Source: Candidatus Kerfeldbacteria bacterium
GTDB lineage: Bacteria > Patescibacteriota > Patescibacteriia > UBA9570 > XYC2-FULL-38-9
Direction: 5' to 3'
Length of the DNA stretch: 64,000 nt
NCBI GenBank assembly: GCA_016182555.1
Contig: JACPGJ010000003.1
Span: 10,920 to 74,919 of the forward strand
The notes under the pieces are model-generated. The model saw nothing but the letters and a program-made list of their open reading frames with translations. It made no database searches and had not been told where the DNA came from. How positions within the stretch are numbered: position 1 is the first letter of the stretch; each line of letters opens with the position of its first letter. A program made the position numbers and the translations under genes. Positions 9,215 through 18,930 of the stretch are shown here, in pieces.

Positions 9215-10785
9215 AAATCTGTATTTATAATACCTATTTGAATACCATGGGCGGTGGGGAAAAGCACATGGGTGCTCTGGCTGAATATCTCACTCAGTTT
9301 TCCGATATAGAAGTAGATATTTTAACTCACGCACAGGCTAATCTGCTGGAGTTATCCAAAAAATTGCGTATAGATTTATCGCGATGTCGGTTAATTGTAC
9401 AACATGATATTCAGCAAGACATCGAAACTTATAGTGCGCAATACGATCTTTTTATTAATACAACACACTATAGTAAATTGAAACCACGGGCCAAGAAGAA
9501 TGCGTTATTGTTGTTTTTCCCTATACTGCCGGAACTCAGATTTTTAGCAACATCACAACGGTTTAATCGATTATTACACCGGTTCGATGCAACAGAATCG
9601 ATTCGTTTGCTCACTGGGTTTTACCATCAAGAAAAAATTGGTGCATATTTTTCACGACGGTTTGGCCAATGGACACAAAAAACATTTTCATTTCAATTAC
9701 GCGCATATCAAGTAGGGCGACAACAACAGATAAAGATCAATACATTACCACTGCGTTCAGGCCGATCGTTGAGCACCCTCATTGATCACATTCGTTGTCA
9801 TGGTGAGTTGGTACCATTTCGTATTCGCAAAAATACCATTTTGTTAACGTTGACACCATCAACTGCTGAATCCATTATTACAGTGAAGCTCCGTTCAGAC
9901 TTTCAACCATCGAGTAGCGATACTCGGCGTTTAGGTATTTTTATCACCAGTATCCGTTCCGTTTTTCCTTTCACCGCGCTGCGGCATTGGTCTATGCAAC
10001 AATTGGCACGAATTTTGAAACCGTTGCGATATTACAACTACCTTGATGCTTATGATTTCATTATGGTGAATTCAGAATATACTCAACGGTGGTTAAAAAA
10101 ATTATGGAATGCCGATTCATCTATTGTGTATCCGGTGATTGATACCGAAGTATTTTATGCTCCCTCGGCACCGAAAAAAAAGATGATTATTAGCGTTGGG
10201 CGTTTTTTTGAAGGAAGCCATAACAAAAAACATCTAGCGATGATTCGAACATTTAAAAAAATGTATTTAGCAGGTGACATTCCCGATTGGGAATATCATT
10301 TGTGTGGTGGTACTCACCCGGAGCCAGTGCACCAAGCCTATTTACGCCGTATCCAAAATGAAGCTATTGGGTATCCTATTTTTGTTCACCCAGACATTCC
10401 ATTTCAAGAATTGCGTAAACGGTATCCACAAGCGTTGATTTTTTGGCATGCGTCTGGTTTTGAAGAAAATGAGCAACGTCACCCAGACCGTTTTGAACAT
10501 TTTGGCATTACCACGGTTGAAGCCATGACTGCTGGTTGTATTCCTGTAGTCATTGGAAAAGCGGGGCAATTAGAAATTGTTACACACGGGAAGAATGGAT
10601 TTTTATGGCAAACCATGGATGAATGTATGCAGTATACCAAACGCGTGATGCAAATGCCTTCATCAGAACAGCAGCGTATGTCTGAGAGAGCTCGAGAACG
10701 TGGTACGCAATTTTCTCGAAAACATTGTGAGCAGCAACTCGCAACCGCGTTTGAACCCGTGTTGACTGAATTGCGAAAATCATGA
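9211..10785 (+). CDS. GT4 glycosyltransferase with an internal inserted domain
   Basis: MGGGEK, SVGRF, EHFGITTVEAMTAG. Confidence 0.88.
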   Translation: MKICIYNTYLNTMGGGEKHMGALAEYLTQFSDIEVDILTHAQANLLELSKKLRIDLSRCRLIVQHDIQQDIETYSAQYDLFINTTHYSKLKPRAKKNALLLFFPILPELRFLATSQRFNRLLHRFDATESIRLLTGFYHQEKIGAYFSRRFGQWTQKTFSFQLRAYQVGRQQQIKINTLPLRSGRSLSTLIDHIRCHGELVPFRIRKNTILLTLTPSTAESIITVKLRSDFQPSSSDTRRLGIFITSIRSVFPFTALRHWSMQQLARILKPLRYYNYLDAYDFIMVNSEYTQRWLKKLWNADSSIVYPVIDTEVFYAPSAPKKKMIISVGRFFEGSHNKKHLAMIRTFKKMYLAGDIPDWEYHLCGGTHPEPVHQAYLRRIQNEAIGYPIFVHPDIPFQELRKRYPQALIFWHASGFEENEQRHPDRFEHFGITTVEAMTAGCIPVVIGKAGQLEIVTHGKNGFLWQTMDECMQYTKRVMQMPSSEQQRMSERARERGTQFSRKHCEQQLATAFEPVLTELRKS

Positions 10786-12302
10786 ATGGGCTTTATCGAT
10801 TCTATCGAAATCATATTAAGCGCTATATTCCGCGTCGTGTATTGAATGTCATATTGAGTGTATTCGGTGTGCATGGTTTTGCCAACGAGCAGAAGCATAT
10901 CGATCAGTCATTTGTGGTACGACAGCCATATGCATCATGCTTACGGGTGCGGAAATTTTTTTCTACGCGTAGACTCGCTCGTCAATTGCTCACTCGCGTT
11001 ACACTGATGCCAAACATATTTGTATTGATTGATGATGGAAAATTGACGTATCAAGCATTGATGCAAAAAATGGAAAACATGCATTCGGATTATGTATTGC
11101 TGGTGAATCCGAGTGATCATTTTTTTTCTGATACATTGCTGCAATATACAGCGGCAGTGTGCGAGAATCCAGATGCAAAAATAGTCTATGGTGATTATGT
11201 GGTACGTTCTGCTGGGCGTATGACTGCCGTATATTTGCCACATTTTTCTCCGTATTATTTCCAGCAGATTCGGTATATTCCGCATACAGCCCTTATTCAT
11301 ATTTCGGTGATTCGCGCTTGTCAGCGCCTTCCTCAAGCGAATGAAGAGTTTATGACAGAAGCCATTGCCCAGTGCCAAACGAAAGACGTGCTACACATAC
11401 CCGCATTCCTCACGAGCATTTCCCCAGCAGCTTATCAGTTACTGAATGCCGTACGGCCTGTGGTATACACGCTACAGTCGAACGCATTAGTCTCTATTAT
11501 TATTCCAACCAAAGATCATCCAGAATTATTACGTGCCTGTATCGAAAGCATTGCACGTTACACCAAGCAACGATATGAAATACTGATTGTGAATAATCAA
11601 TCAGAGCGCCCGGAAATGTTGAAATATTTGGCTGAATTACGAACGCAGCATACAGTGATTGATTATTCGCAACCATTTGATTATGCAGCAATGAATAATC
11701 TGGCGGCGTCACAGGCGAATGGAGCATATCTATTGTTGCTCAATGATGATATTGTGGCAACAGATGATGGTTGGCTAGAGCAAATGGTGGCGCTTGGCTC
11801 GCAGTCGAAGGTTGGAGTGGTTGGCGCTAAATTAGTATATCCCAATGGCGCTATTCAACATGCCGGATTGTGTTTGACGAGTATCAATAATGGAGTGACG
11901 TATTACTGGCATAAATATTTACGCTCTCGCCGAAAGGATGGTTCGCTTGAACCAGGATATCTTTCTTCAGTAGTGGCCGTGCGTGAAGTTGCAGCGGTAA
12001 CAGGGGCTTGTTTATTGATAAAAAAGCAACTGTTTGATGAGTTGAATGGCTTTGATTCGGAGTTGCATATTGGCTATAATGATGTCGATTTGTGTTTACG
12101 AGCACGAGAACTTGGTTATAGTGTGTTATATACGCCCTATGCAGAATTGATTCACCATGAATCGATGACTCGGAAGGCGAGTGCTCAGGTATCCATGATG
12201 CAACACCCAGAAGACAGTGCACGGTTTATTCACAAATGGAGGCATGTTCTTGAAAAAGGAGATCCGTATGTTAATTCAAAACTGAGCATTAAACAATTCT
12301 AA
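10782..12302 (+). CDS. GT2 glycosyltransferase (degenerate N-terminal plus intact C-terminal GT2 domain)
   Basis: VSIIIPTKD, LLNDD, VAAVTGACLLI, YNDVDLCLR, HHES. Confidence 0.88.
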   Translation: MNGLYRFYRNHIKRYIPRRVLNVILSVFGVHGFANEQKHIDQSFVVRQPYASCLRVRKFFSTRRLARQLLTRVTLMPNIFVLIDDGKLTYQALMQKMENMHSDYVLLVNPSDHFFSDTLLQYTAAVCENPDAKIVYGDYVVRSAGRMTAVYLPHFSPYYFQQIRYIPHTALIHISVIRACQRLPQANEEFMTEAIAQCQTKDVLHIPAFLTSISPAAYQLLNAVRPVVYTLQSNALVSIIIPTKDHPELLRACIESIARYTKQRYEILIVNNQSERPEMLKYLAELRTQHTVIDYSQPFDYAAMNNLAASQANGAYLLLLNDDIVATDDGWLEQMVALGSQSKVGVVGAKLVYPNGAIQHAGLCLTSINNGVTYYWHKYLRSRRKDGSLEPGYLSSVVAVREVAAVTGACLLIKKQLFDELNGFDSELHIGYNDVDLCLRARELGYSVLYTPYAELIHHESMTRKASAQVSMMQHPEDSARFIHKWRHVLEKGDPYVNSKLSIKQF

Positions 12303-12307
12303 ATCTC

Positions 12308-12392
12308 ACTTGGCCGTAGCGGCAATTCTGGAGAGAGCACGTATTTGCGAAGCAAAACGAAGCTCTCGAAGAATTGGCGCGGGAGGCCAAGT
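12308..12392 (+). repeat. Structured GTAG hairpin element, copy 1 (REP-like), between convergent genes
   Basis: ACTTGGCC/GGCCAAGT terminal stem, CAATTCT/AGAATTG, GAGAGC/GCTCTC, apical GC-GAA-GC; homologous to 47070-47149. Confidence 0.8.
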
Positions 12393-14531
12393 TTAATTTG
12401 TATATATCAATAGTGAATTGAGAACCACGCGGTCAGTGAATTCATGTGGTAGGAGTTGTAATTGCAAATTCAATTCGGTTACATTTTCTGGAATATCGAT
12501 AGCAATATTTTTCCATTCGAAAATATCTTGTAAATGAATATCTTTTGTATTCACCACAGTGCCATCCAGTAATGTCACTATCGCACGAACAATATCATTT
12601 TCCTGAACCCCTTGGCCTTGCAGCGCAATATGCAACTGATGTTGTTGTGATGTTGAAATATGGCTATAGGTAACCTGCCCACCGGTAATATTTGTAGAAG
12701 TGATTCCATCAAATGTTCGTCCGCCAATGCTGGATTGCTGTAGGACGTTATTTTTTTCAAGAGAAATCGAGGGATTCTGATATTCATAGCTTCCTAAATC
12801 ACTTGCATAGAGCAAAGTTGATTTCACCTCGCTTGTGTCTGGTTCAATCGCAACAATGATAGTTTTCTGTTCATCTGAATCATTGTTGGTATGTAATATT
12901 TCTACACGTGGTTGTTGGGAAATTTGTTCCAGCATTTTTCCCCCATTATTAGGCAATGCATCGGCATGCAGAACGACATGGGTAATACCGAGTAGTTCAA
13001 GATAATCAATGCTGGTATTATCAGGAAAATTGGAAATAACCGATTCAGAGAAATGATAATCTGGCGGAAGATATCCGCTATATCCATTGAATATCGGCTT
13101 CCAATGGCACCGAGAATTAAAAATATAGTGCACGGTTTCAAATGGATCAGCATAAAATGGGAGTTCGACTAGTGATTGTATATCTGGGTTTGTTCGTACT
13201 GCGTCATAGATAGCAGGGCATTCAACATGACTCACCACCTGGTTTGCCATATTGGTGTCATACGCATCAAAGAGAATAGAAAATGGTAGAAGCAGTGCCA
13301 CGATATATCGTACAACCGGACGTTTGATATGAATGGAGCGAATCGTATAGGCAACGACAATGGAAAGGCAGAGCAATACGATAATAGCCATGCGGCTCGG
13401 TGCACGAATAAATTGAAACGCTGGTATAGATTGAATAGCGAAAAATGGAAGAGGAATTTTTAATGTTTGATCAAATAGATGGAGCGCTGGGCCCATTGAA
13501 AGAATAATAAACAGGATAACGCCCACGCCGTAGATGGAAAATATTCTACTTTCTTTTTGTAATTTTTTTCGCTGATAGATTGCATAGATGAACAATAGTA
13601 ATGGAGCAAATCCAAGGAAGTTGATGTTTTCGAGCCAACGTTCTTTATGCAGCCCAACCCATGATACGAGATATTGGGGGTAGCTATAAGGAGAAGGGAT
13701 GAGATATCCACCAAGATCGGCGGAATAACCAATAACCTCATGAATAGAGAATGCTGAATGTTCTTGATGATTGAATTGCATGTACGCATAGGCAAATGGA
13801 CCAATCAACAGGAGAAACAGTGTGCCGGCAATGGCGATATCTATGAAGAGTGATTTACAGTGTGTTTGCAGTCGTGTTCGAATAGTTTTCATATTCGCAG
13901 CAAGTAGATAGAGTGTCAGAAATCCGAGAAACGCTCCATTATACCAGCTGGCCAGTGCTTGCGCAGCAAACAGTAAGGTAAAAATGATAAGCATTGAACG
14001 TTTCCACTGTTCTATATATTTTTGCAAACAGAGCACCGCAAAGGGAATAAAGATAATGGATAGATTTTGAAAATGATGAAAACTAATAATGCGATAGGTG
14101 GAAAATCCAAAAATAAGCCCCGCAATGAATGCCGCATATCGGTGGTGAGTATAATGAAGCGCTAAAAGGTATGCACCATATGCCGCAAGGATATAAAAAA
14201 GAAAGATGAGTATATTGTAAGTGGCAATGGTATTATGAGTGATCGCATAGATGGGGAGAGCCATGATGCTCTGCGTCAGTAATAAATCACTGTACAGAAG
14301 CACTTGGTGGTGTGGATAGAAAATATTGGCGTTGAGTAATTGTAATGGGTGAGTAGTGAGTGCGTGCATGTTCCAGCTGATGATCCAGTTGAGCAGGAGA
14401 TTATCTCTATTTAAGATACGAGAGCCAACATGAGATAATAGTGGATAACAAAAAAAAGTTGCTACAAGGCTATAAAGGAAAATCACAACCAAATGATGAC
14501 CATGTCGGAATTTTCCTTTGAGATGATGCAT
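12393..14531 (-). CDS. Multi-pass GT-C-like membrane glycosyltransferase (YfhO-like)
   Basis: Many TM helices; NANIFYP, FIRAPSR, KPIFNGYSGY motifs; extracytoplasmic C-terminal domain. Confidence 0.7.
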   Translation of the reverse strand: MHHLKGKFRHGHHLVVIFLYSLVATFFCYPLLSHVGSRILNRDNLLLNWIISWNMHALTTHPLQLLNANIFYPHHQVLLYSDLLLTQSIMALPIYAITHNTIATYNILIFLFYILAAYGAYLLALHYTHHRYAAFIAGLIFGFSTYRIISFHHFQNLSIIFIPFAVLCLQKYIEQWKRSMLIIFTLLFAAQALASWYNGAFLGFLTLYLLAANMKTIRTRLQTHCKSLFIDIAIAGTLFLLLIGPFAYAYMQFNHQEHSAFSIHEVIGYSADLGGYLIPSPYSYPQYLVSWVGLHKERWLENINFLGFAPLLLFIYAIYQRKKLQKESRIFSIYGVGVILFIILSMGPALHLFDQTLKIPLPFFAIQSIPAFQFIRAPSRMAIIVLLCLSIVVAYTIRSIHIKRPVVRYIVALLLPFSILFDAYDTNMANQVVSHVECPAIYDAVRTNPDIQSLVELPFYADPFETVHYIFNSRCHWKPIFNGYSGYLPPDYHFSESVISNFPDNTSIDYLELLGITHVVLHADALPNNGGKMLEQISQQPRVEILHTNNDSDEQKTIIVAIEPDTSEVKSTLLYASDLGSYEYQNPSISLEKNNVLQQSSIGGRTFDGITSTNITGGQVTYSHISTSQQHQLHIALQGQGVQENDIVRAIVTLLDGTVVNTKDIHLQDIFEWKNIAIDIPENVTELNLQLQLLPHEFTDRVVLNSLLIYTN

Positions 14532-15272
14532 TTATTTATCAAGAAAGTTATATTTCACAATACACCACATGGCTTCAACACCATCTTTCCAGCCGATTTT
14601 TTTACCTTCGTCATAGGTGCGGCCATTATAAGAAATGGCTATTTCATAAATGCGGCATTTTCCAGCTTTCGACAGTTTTGCGAGGCGTGCAGTCATTTCT
14701 GGCTCAAAACCGAACCGCTTGGATTGCAGTTTTGGCAGAATTTCTTTCAGCATTTCTTTGGTGAACACTTTGTAACAGGTCTCCATATCGGTCAGGTTCA
14801 AGTTGGTACACATGTTGGAAAACATGGTAAGCACTTTATTGCCAACCGAATGCCAAAAATAGAGCACGCGGTGTGGGCGACCACTCAAAAAGCGTGAACC
14901 AAATACGGCATCGGCTTTCCCTTCAATGATTGGTCGAAGTAAATCAGGGTATTCATTTGGGTCATATTCCAAATCTGCGTCTTGCACAATCACAATATCG
15001 CCAGCGACATGTTCAAAACCCGTTTTCAACGCCGCGCCTTTCCCTTGATTCACCTCATGATGAACCACGGTATATTTGTCTTTGTATTTTTCTAAAATTT
15101 CGCGCGATTTGTCGCGGCTACAATCATTCACAAAAATGAGCTGTTTTTTTAAGCCCAAGGTATCAGTCGCTTCGACGCGCTCAATAATATGCTCTAATGT
15201 TCGCTCTTCGTTATAGACCGGAATAACAATGCTCACGGTAGAAAAATGTTTGGCGGAAGACATGGGAGGCAA
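14532..15272 (-). CDS. GT2 polyprenyl-phosphate glycosyltransferase (DPM1-like)
   Basis: IPVYNEE, NQGKGAAL, QDADLEYDP, GSRF, LTDMETCYK, FGFEPE. Confidence 0.9.
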   Translation of the reverse strand: MPPMSSAKHFSTVSIVIPVYNEERTLEHIIERVEATDTLGLKKQLIFVNDCSRDKSREILEKYKDKYTVVHHEVNQGKGAALKTGFEHVAGDIVIVQDADLEYDPNEYPDLLRPIIEGKADAVFGSRFLSGRPHRVLYFWHSVGNKVLTMFSNMCTNLNLTDMETCYKVFTKEMLKEILPKLQSKRFGFEPEMTARLAKLSKAGKCRIYEIAISYNGRTYDEGKKIGWKDGVEAMWCIVKYNFLDK

Positions 15273-15292
15273 TTAATAATACCAGAGCCATC

Positions 15293-16222
15293 TTACACAA
15301 TATGGCGGAAATATTCAATAGTTTTGCCTAATCCTTCTTCTAAAGCGATTTTGGGTTCCCAACCAAGCTCTTTTTTGGCAATGCTGATTTCTGGCTGCCG
15401 TTGTTTGGGGTCATCTTGAGGAAGTGGTTCGTAGACAATCTTGCTGGTGCTTTCCGGAATCATGCTGAGCACCTTTTCTGCGAGTTGCTTAATGGTAAAT
15501 TCACCTGGGTTGCCTAAGTTCACCGGGCCAATGATATGTTCTGTATTCATCATACGCACCATCCCTTCCACGACATCATCGACATATTGAAAACTGCGGG
15601 TTTGCGAACCATCGCCGTAGATGGTGATATCTTTGTTTTGCAGAGCTTGCACAATAAAATTGGAAACCACGCGGCCGTCATTTGGGTGCATATTCGGGCC
15701 GTAGGTATTGAAAATACGCACCACGCGAATATCCACTTGATGTTGGCGGTAATAATCGAAAAACAGGGTTTCGGCGCAGCGTTTGCCTTCATCATAGCAG
15801 GAACGAATGCCAATGGGATTGACGCGGCCCCAATAGGATTCGGGTTGTGGGTGCACTTCAGGGTCGCCGTATACTTCAGAAGTCGAGGCTTGGAGAATGC
15901 GGGCGCGGGTACGTTTTGCCAGACCCAACATATTAATGGCGCCGTGAACCGATGTTTTGGTTGTTTGCACTGGGTCAAACTGGTAGTGCACAGGTGAGGC
16001 TGGGCAAGCGAGGTTATAAATTTGATTGACTTCTACATAGAGCGGAAATGTGACATCATGGCGCATCACTTCGAAATGTTTGTTCTCCATGAGGTCCAGA
16101 ATATTACTTTTGTTGCCAGTAAAAAAATTATCAACACAGAGCACTTCATGCCCTTCTGAAAGTAACCGTCTGCATAAATGTGAGCCAATAAAACCAGCTC
16201 CTCCAGTGATTAATATTTTCAT
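15293..16222 (-). CDS. uxs: UDP-glucuronate decarboxylase (UDP-xylose synthase)
   Basis: [44 protein letters not shown]. Confidence 0.92.
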   Translation of the reverse strand: MKILITGGAGFIGSHLCRRLLSEGHEVLCVDNFFTGNKSNILDLMENKHFEVMRHDVTFPLYVEVNQIYNLACPASPVHYQFDPVQTTKTSVHGAINMLGLAKRTRARILQASTSEVYGDPEVHPQPESYWGRVNPIGIRSCYDEGKRCAETLFFDYYRQHQVDIRVVRIFNTYGPNMHPNDGRVVSNFIVQALQNKDITIYGDGSQTRSFQYVDDVVEGMVRMMNTEHIIGPVNLGNPGEFTIKQLAEKVLSMIPESTSKIVYEPLPQDDPKQRQPEISIAKKELGWEPKIALEEGLGKTIEYFRHIV

Positions 16223-16295
16223 ATATATCTTTTAACCAAAAAACCATACCATCCTTTTCTGAAAATGTAAATAATAGTATACTGATGCCTGGCCT

Positions 16296-16724
16296 ATGAA
16301 ACACCTATTTTTTCAAATGATGCGGTTCGGAGTGGTAGGGGTAGGGAACATGCTCCTCGACTTGTTGATTTACACGTTGCTCACGCGTACAAGTGATTTT
16401 TTCCAGCACTATTATCTTCTTGCTGCTTTTGTTGCGTTTATTATTTCGGCATCAAATAGCTATATTTGGAATAAGCGTTGGACATTCAAAGACAAGGTGC
16501 AATTCACCCATACACAGTTGATCAAATTTTATATTGCCTCGGCGATTGCGTTATCTATAAATGAAACAGTATTATGGATCCTTGTTCGTCATCTGGGCAT
16601 ATTTGATATTGTGGCAAAATTAATGGCTTCCATCTCTGCGGGTGGAATGAATTTCGTTTTACAGAAATTTTGGATTTTTCGCCTGCGCGCTATCAAACCG
16701 GAAACGCCAATGCAGGAACAATAA
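16296..16724 (+). CDS. GtrA-family lipid-linked sugar flippase
   Basis: Four TM helices; RFGVVG, WNKRWTF, NFVLQKFWIF. Confidence 0.88.
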   Translation: MKHLFFQMMRFGVVGVGNMLLDLLIYTLLTRTSDFFQHYYLLAAFVAFIISASNSYIWNKRWTFKDKVQFTHTQLIKFYIASAIALSINETVLWILVRHLGIFDIVAKLMASISAGGMNFVLQKFWIFRLRAIKPETPMQEQ

Positions 16725-16727
16725 TCT

Positions 16728-17417
16728 TTACGCTTTTTTTCGCATCACCAATAATTGGTGTAAAGCGTATATTTTTTTGTACTTCAAAATTTCAAATTCA
16801 TCTCCAAATAAACGGTACAAATCTTCTTTAGAAAAATCGTTGACATGCCATTCAGAAAATTCTTTTTCAATACCCTTCATTAAAAAATCGAATATTTTTA
16901 AGCGATTTAATATTATTTTAATATTATTTTTTGTTTTTTCATACGGAACGGTAATAATGACATACTGTTCTGGAGTCGCAATTTTTTTCAGATTGGCAAC
17001 TGCGGCATTGATATCAGGAATATGTTCCAATGTTTCAGAACAGACAATAAAATTCAAGTTCGGAATATGTAATTCCATCTGTTCACTCGCCAAATCTGAT
17101 TGTTCTAATACAACTCCGTCACCTAAATTTTTTCTTGCTTCATCTAATGCGACAGTAGAAATATCTTGTCCGTAAAATTTTGCACGCGGAAAAAAAGAGC
17201 GCAAAATAGATAACAAACGACCGGCTTCACAACCAATTTCCAATAATGAAAATTGATCATTACTTTTCCGTTCACGAATTTCTTTCGCAATGGCTTCGGC
17301 TCGTTTTTTTTCTACACGACCGGCAAGGCCTGTGTAGGGTGTAGGGTGCTTCAAGAACATTTCATTATTCCACTCTGCAAGATTTTCTGCTGGTGGTTGG
17401 CTAGGAGATTTGGACAT
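16728..17417 (-). CDS. Class I SAM-dependent methyltransferase
   Basis: LLEIGCEAG, CSETLEHI, ITVP. Confidence 0.82.
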   Translation of the reverse strand: MSKSPSQPPAENLAEWNNEMFLKHPTPYTGLAGRVEKKRAEAIAKEIRERKSNDQFSLLEIGCEAGRLLSILRSFFPRAKFYGQDISTVALDEARKNLGDGVVLEQSDLASEQMELHIPNLNFIVCSETLEHIPDINAAVANLKKIATPEQYVIITVPYEKTKNNIKIILNRLKIFDFLMKGIEKEFSEWHVNDFSKEDLYRLFGDEFEILKYKKIYALHQLLVMRKKA

Positions 17418-17579
17418 GATGGTTCATGAGTCAATTAATGATGTGCACAATAGGAGTAGTATAGCAATATAATTTCTTCCGTCAACGGTTGGGAAGTAGA
17501 TGCAGTATTTTCTATACCTTGTCAATATGCCACATTTTGCTACACTAGGCCTAGTATAAAAGATAATACGGATGAAGCC

Positions 17580-18530
17580 ATGACGAACAACTCATTTCGC
17601 CTTTCAGTCATTTTACCCATATTTAATGAAGCTGGCAGCATTCCAGAACTCGTGAAACGTTGTCGTGCAGCATTGAGTGTGTATGAGCAGTATGAATTAA
17701 TTTTTGTTGATGATCGGAGCAGCGATGATTCGTTTCAGTTATTGTCTCAGCTGGCAAAAGAAGACCCGACACACATTAAAGTGATTCGCTTTTCGCGAAA
17801 TTTTGGTCACCAAATAGCGATTACTGCTGGTTTGGATATTGCGTCCGGTGACGCGGTAGTGATTATGGATAGTGATTTGCAAGATCCCCCAGAATTGATT
17901 CCAGAGATGTTAGTGAAGTGGCAAGAAGGATATGAGGTAGTGTATGCACGTCGTCGTTCACGCCGTGATACTCCGTTTAAAAAAGCGACGGCATTTTTGT
18001 TCTATCGTATTCTACGCAAACTCGCCAATGTGGATATTCCAACTGATACCGGCGATTTTCGTTTAATGGATAAAAAGGTGGTGCAAGCGTTGCGTGGTAT
18101 GCGTGAACACTCTCGGTTTATGCGCGGGCTCACGTCGTGGACCGGTTTTCGTCAAACCCACATTTTTTTCGACCGCGATGATCGGAAACATGGAGAAACG
18201 CATTATCCGCTCGTGAAAATGGTTAAATTTGCGCTCGATGGTATTACCTCGTTCTCCCATATTCCTCTGCGTATGGCGACCTATGTGGGTTTCTTAAGTG
18301 CCTGTGTTGGGCTGACCGGTGGGTTGTACGCGTTTTATTGGCGTTTTTTCTTACCAGAGGAAACGGTTCCTGGGTGGACCACTATTGTCGTATCCGTTTT
18401 TTTCATCGGTGGGATTCAATTGATTATTTTAGGAGTCATTGGAGAATATATCGGGCGTATTTATACTGAATTGCAAGCTCGTCCGTTGTATATTGTGGAT
18501 AAAAAAATGAATCTTGACGGCGATGAATAA
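17580..18530 (+). CDS. GtrB/CsbB-type polyprenyl-phosphate glycosyltransferase (GT2, two C-terminal TM helices)
   Basis: FSRNFGHQIAITAG, MDSDLQDPP, DTGDFRLMD, GEYIGRIY. Confidence 0.92.
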   Translation: MTNNSFRLSVILPIFNEAGSIPELVKRCRAALSVYEQYELIFVDDRSSDDSFQLLSQLAKEDPTHIKVIRFSRNFGHQIAITAGLDIASGDAVVIMDSDLQDPPELIPEMLVKWQEGYEVVYARRRSRRDTPFKKATAFLFYRILRKLANVDIPTDTGDFRLMDKKVVQALRGMREHSRFMRGLTSWTGFRQTHIFFDRDDRKHGETHYPLVKMVKFALDGITSFSHIPLRMATYVGFLSACVGLTGGLYAFYWRFFLPEETVPGWTTIVVSVFFIGGIQLIILGVIGEYIGRIYTELQARPLYIVDKKMNLDGDE

Positions 18531-18927
18531 TGTGTTCGCGCTATTTCGCCAGTATCGGCAAATGATTATCTATATCATTATTGGGTGCACCGGAGCAACC
18601 TTGGATTTTATTATCTTCAGCTTGCTCATTCATTTTGATATTTTGCATTACGTGGTCGCGAATATCGTGAGCGTTTCTCTGGCGATTACGAATAATTTTT
18701 TGTTGAATGCATTTTTTAATTTCAAAATGCGTGATCAGTTTTGGAAACGGTTTTTTTCTTTTTATGCGATTGGGGTTTTGGGGCTCATTGTCACTTCTGC
18801 GTGTTTATATCTGTTTGTTGCGGTATTTCATTTTGAAGTGCATCTATCCAAGTTTTTGATCATCTTTGTGGCATTCTTGTTGCAGTATAACTTAAATAAA
18901 CGCTACAGCTTTAAACAATTTGCATAA
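18523..18927 (+). CDS. GtrA-family flippase
   Basis: Four TM helices; NNFLLNAFFNF, YNLNKRYSF. Confidence 0.85.
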   Translation: MNNVFALFRQYRQMIIYIIIGCTGATLDFIIFSLLIHFDILHYVVANIVSVSLAITNNFLLNAFFNFKMRDQFWKRFFSFYAIGVLGLIVTSACLYLFVAVFHFEVHLSKFLIIFVAFLLQYNLNKRYSFKQFA

Positions 18928-18930
18928 CCT

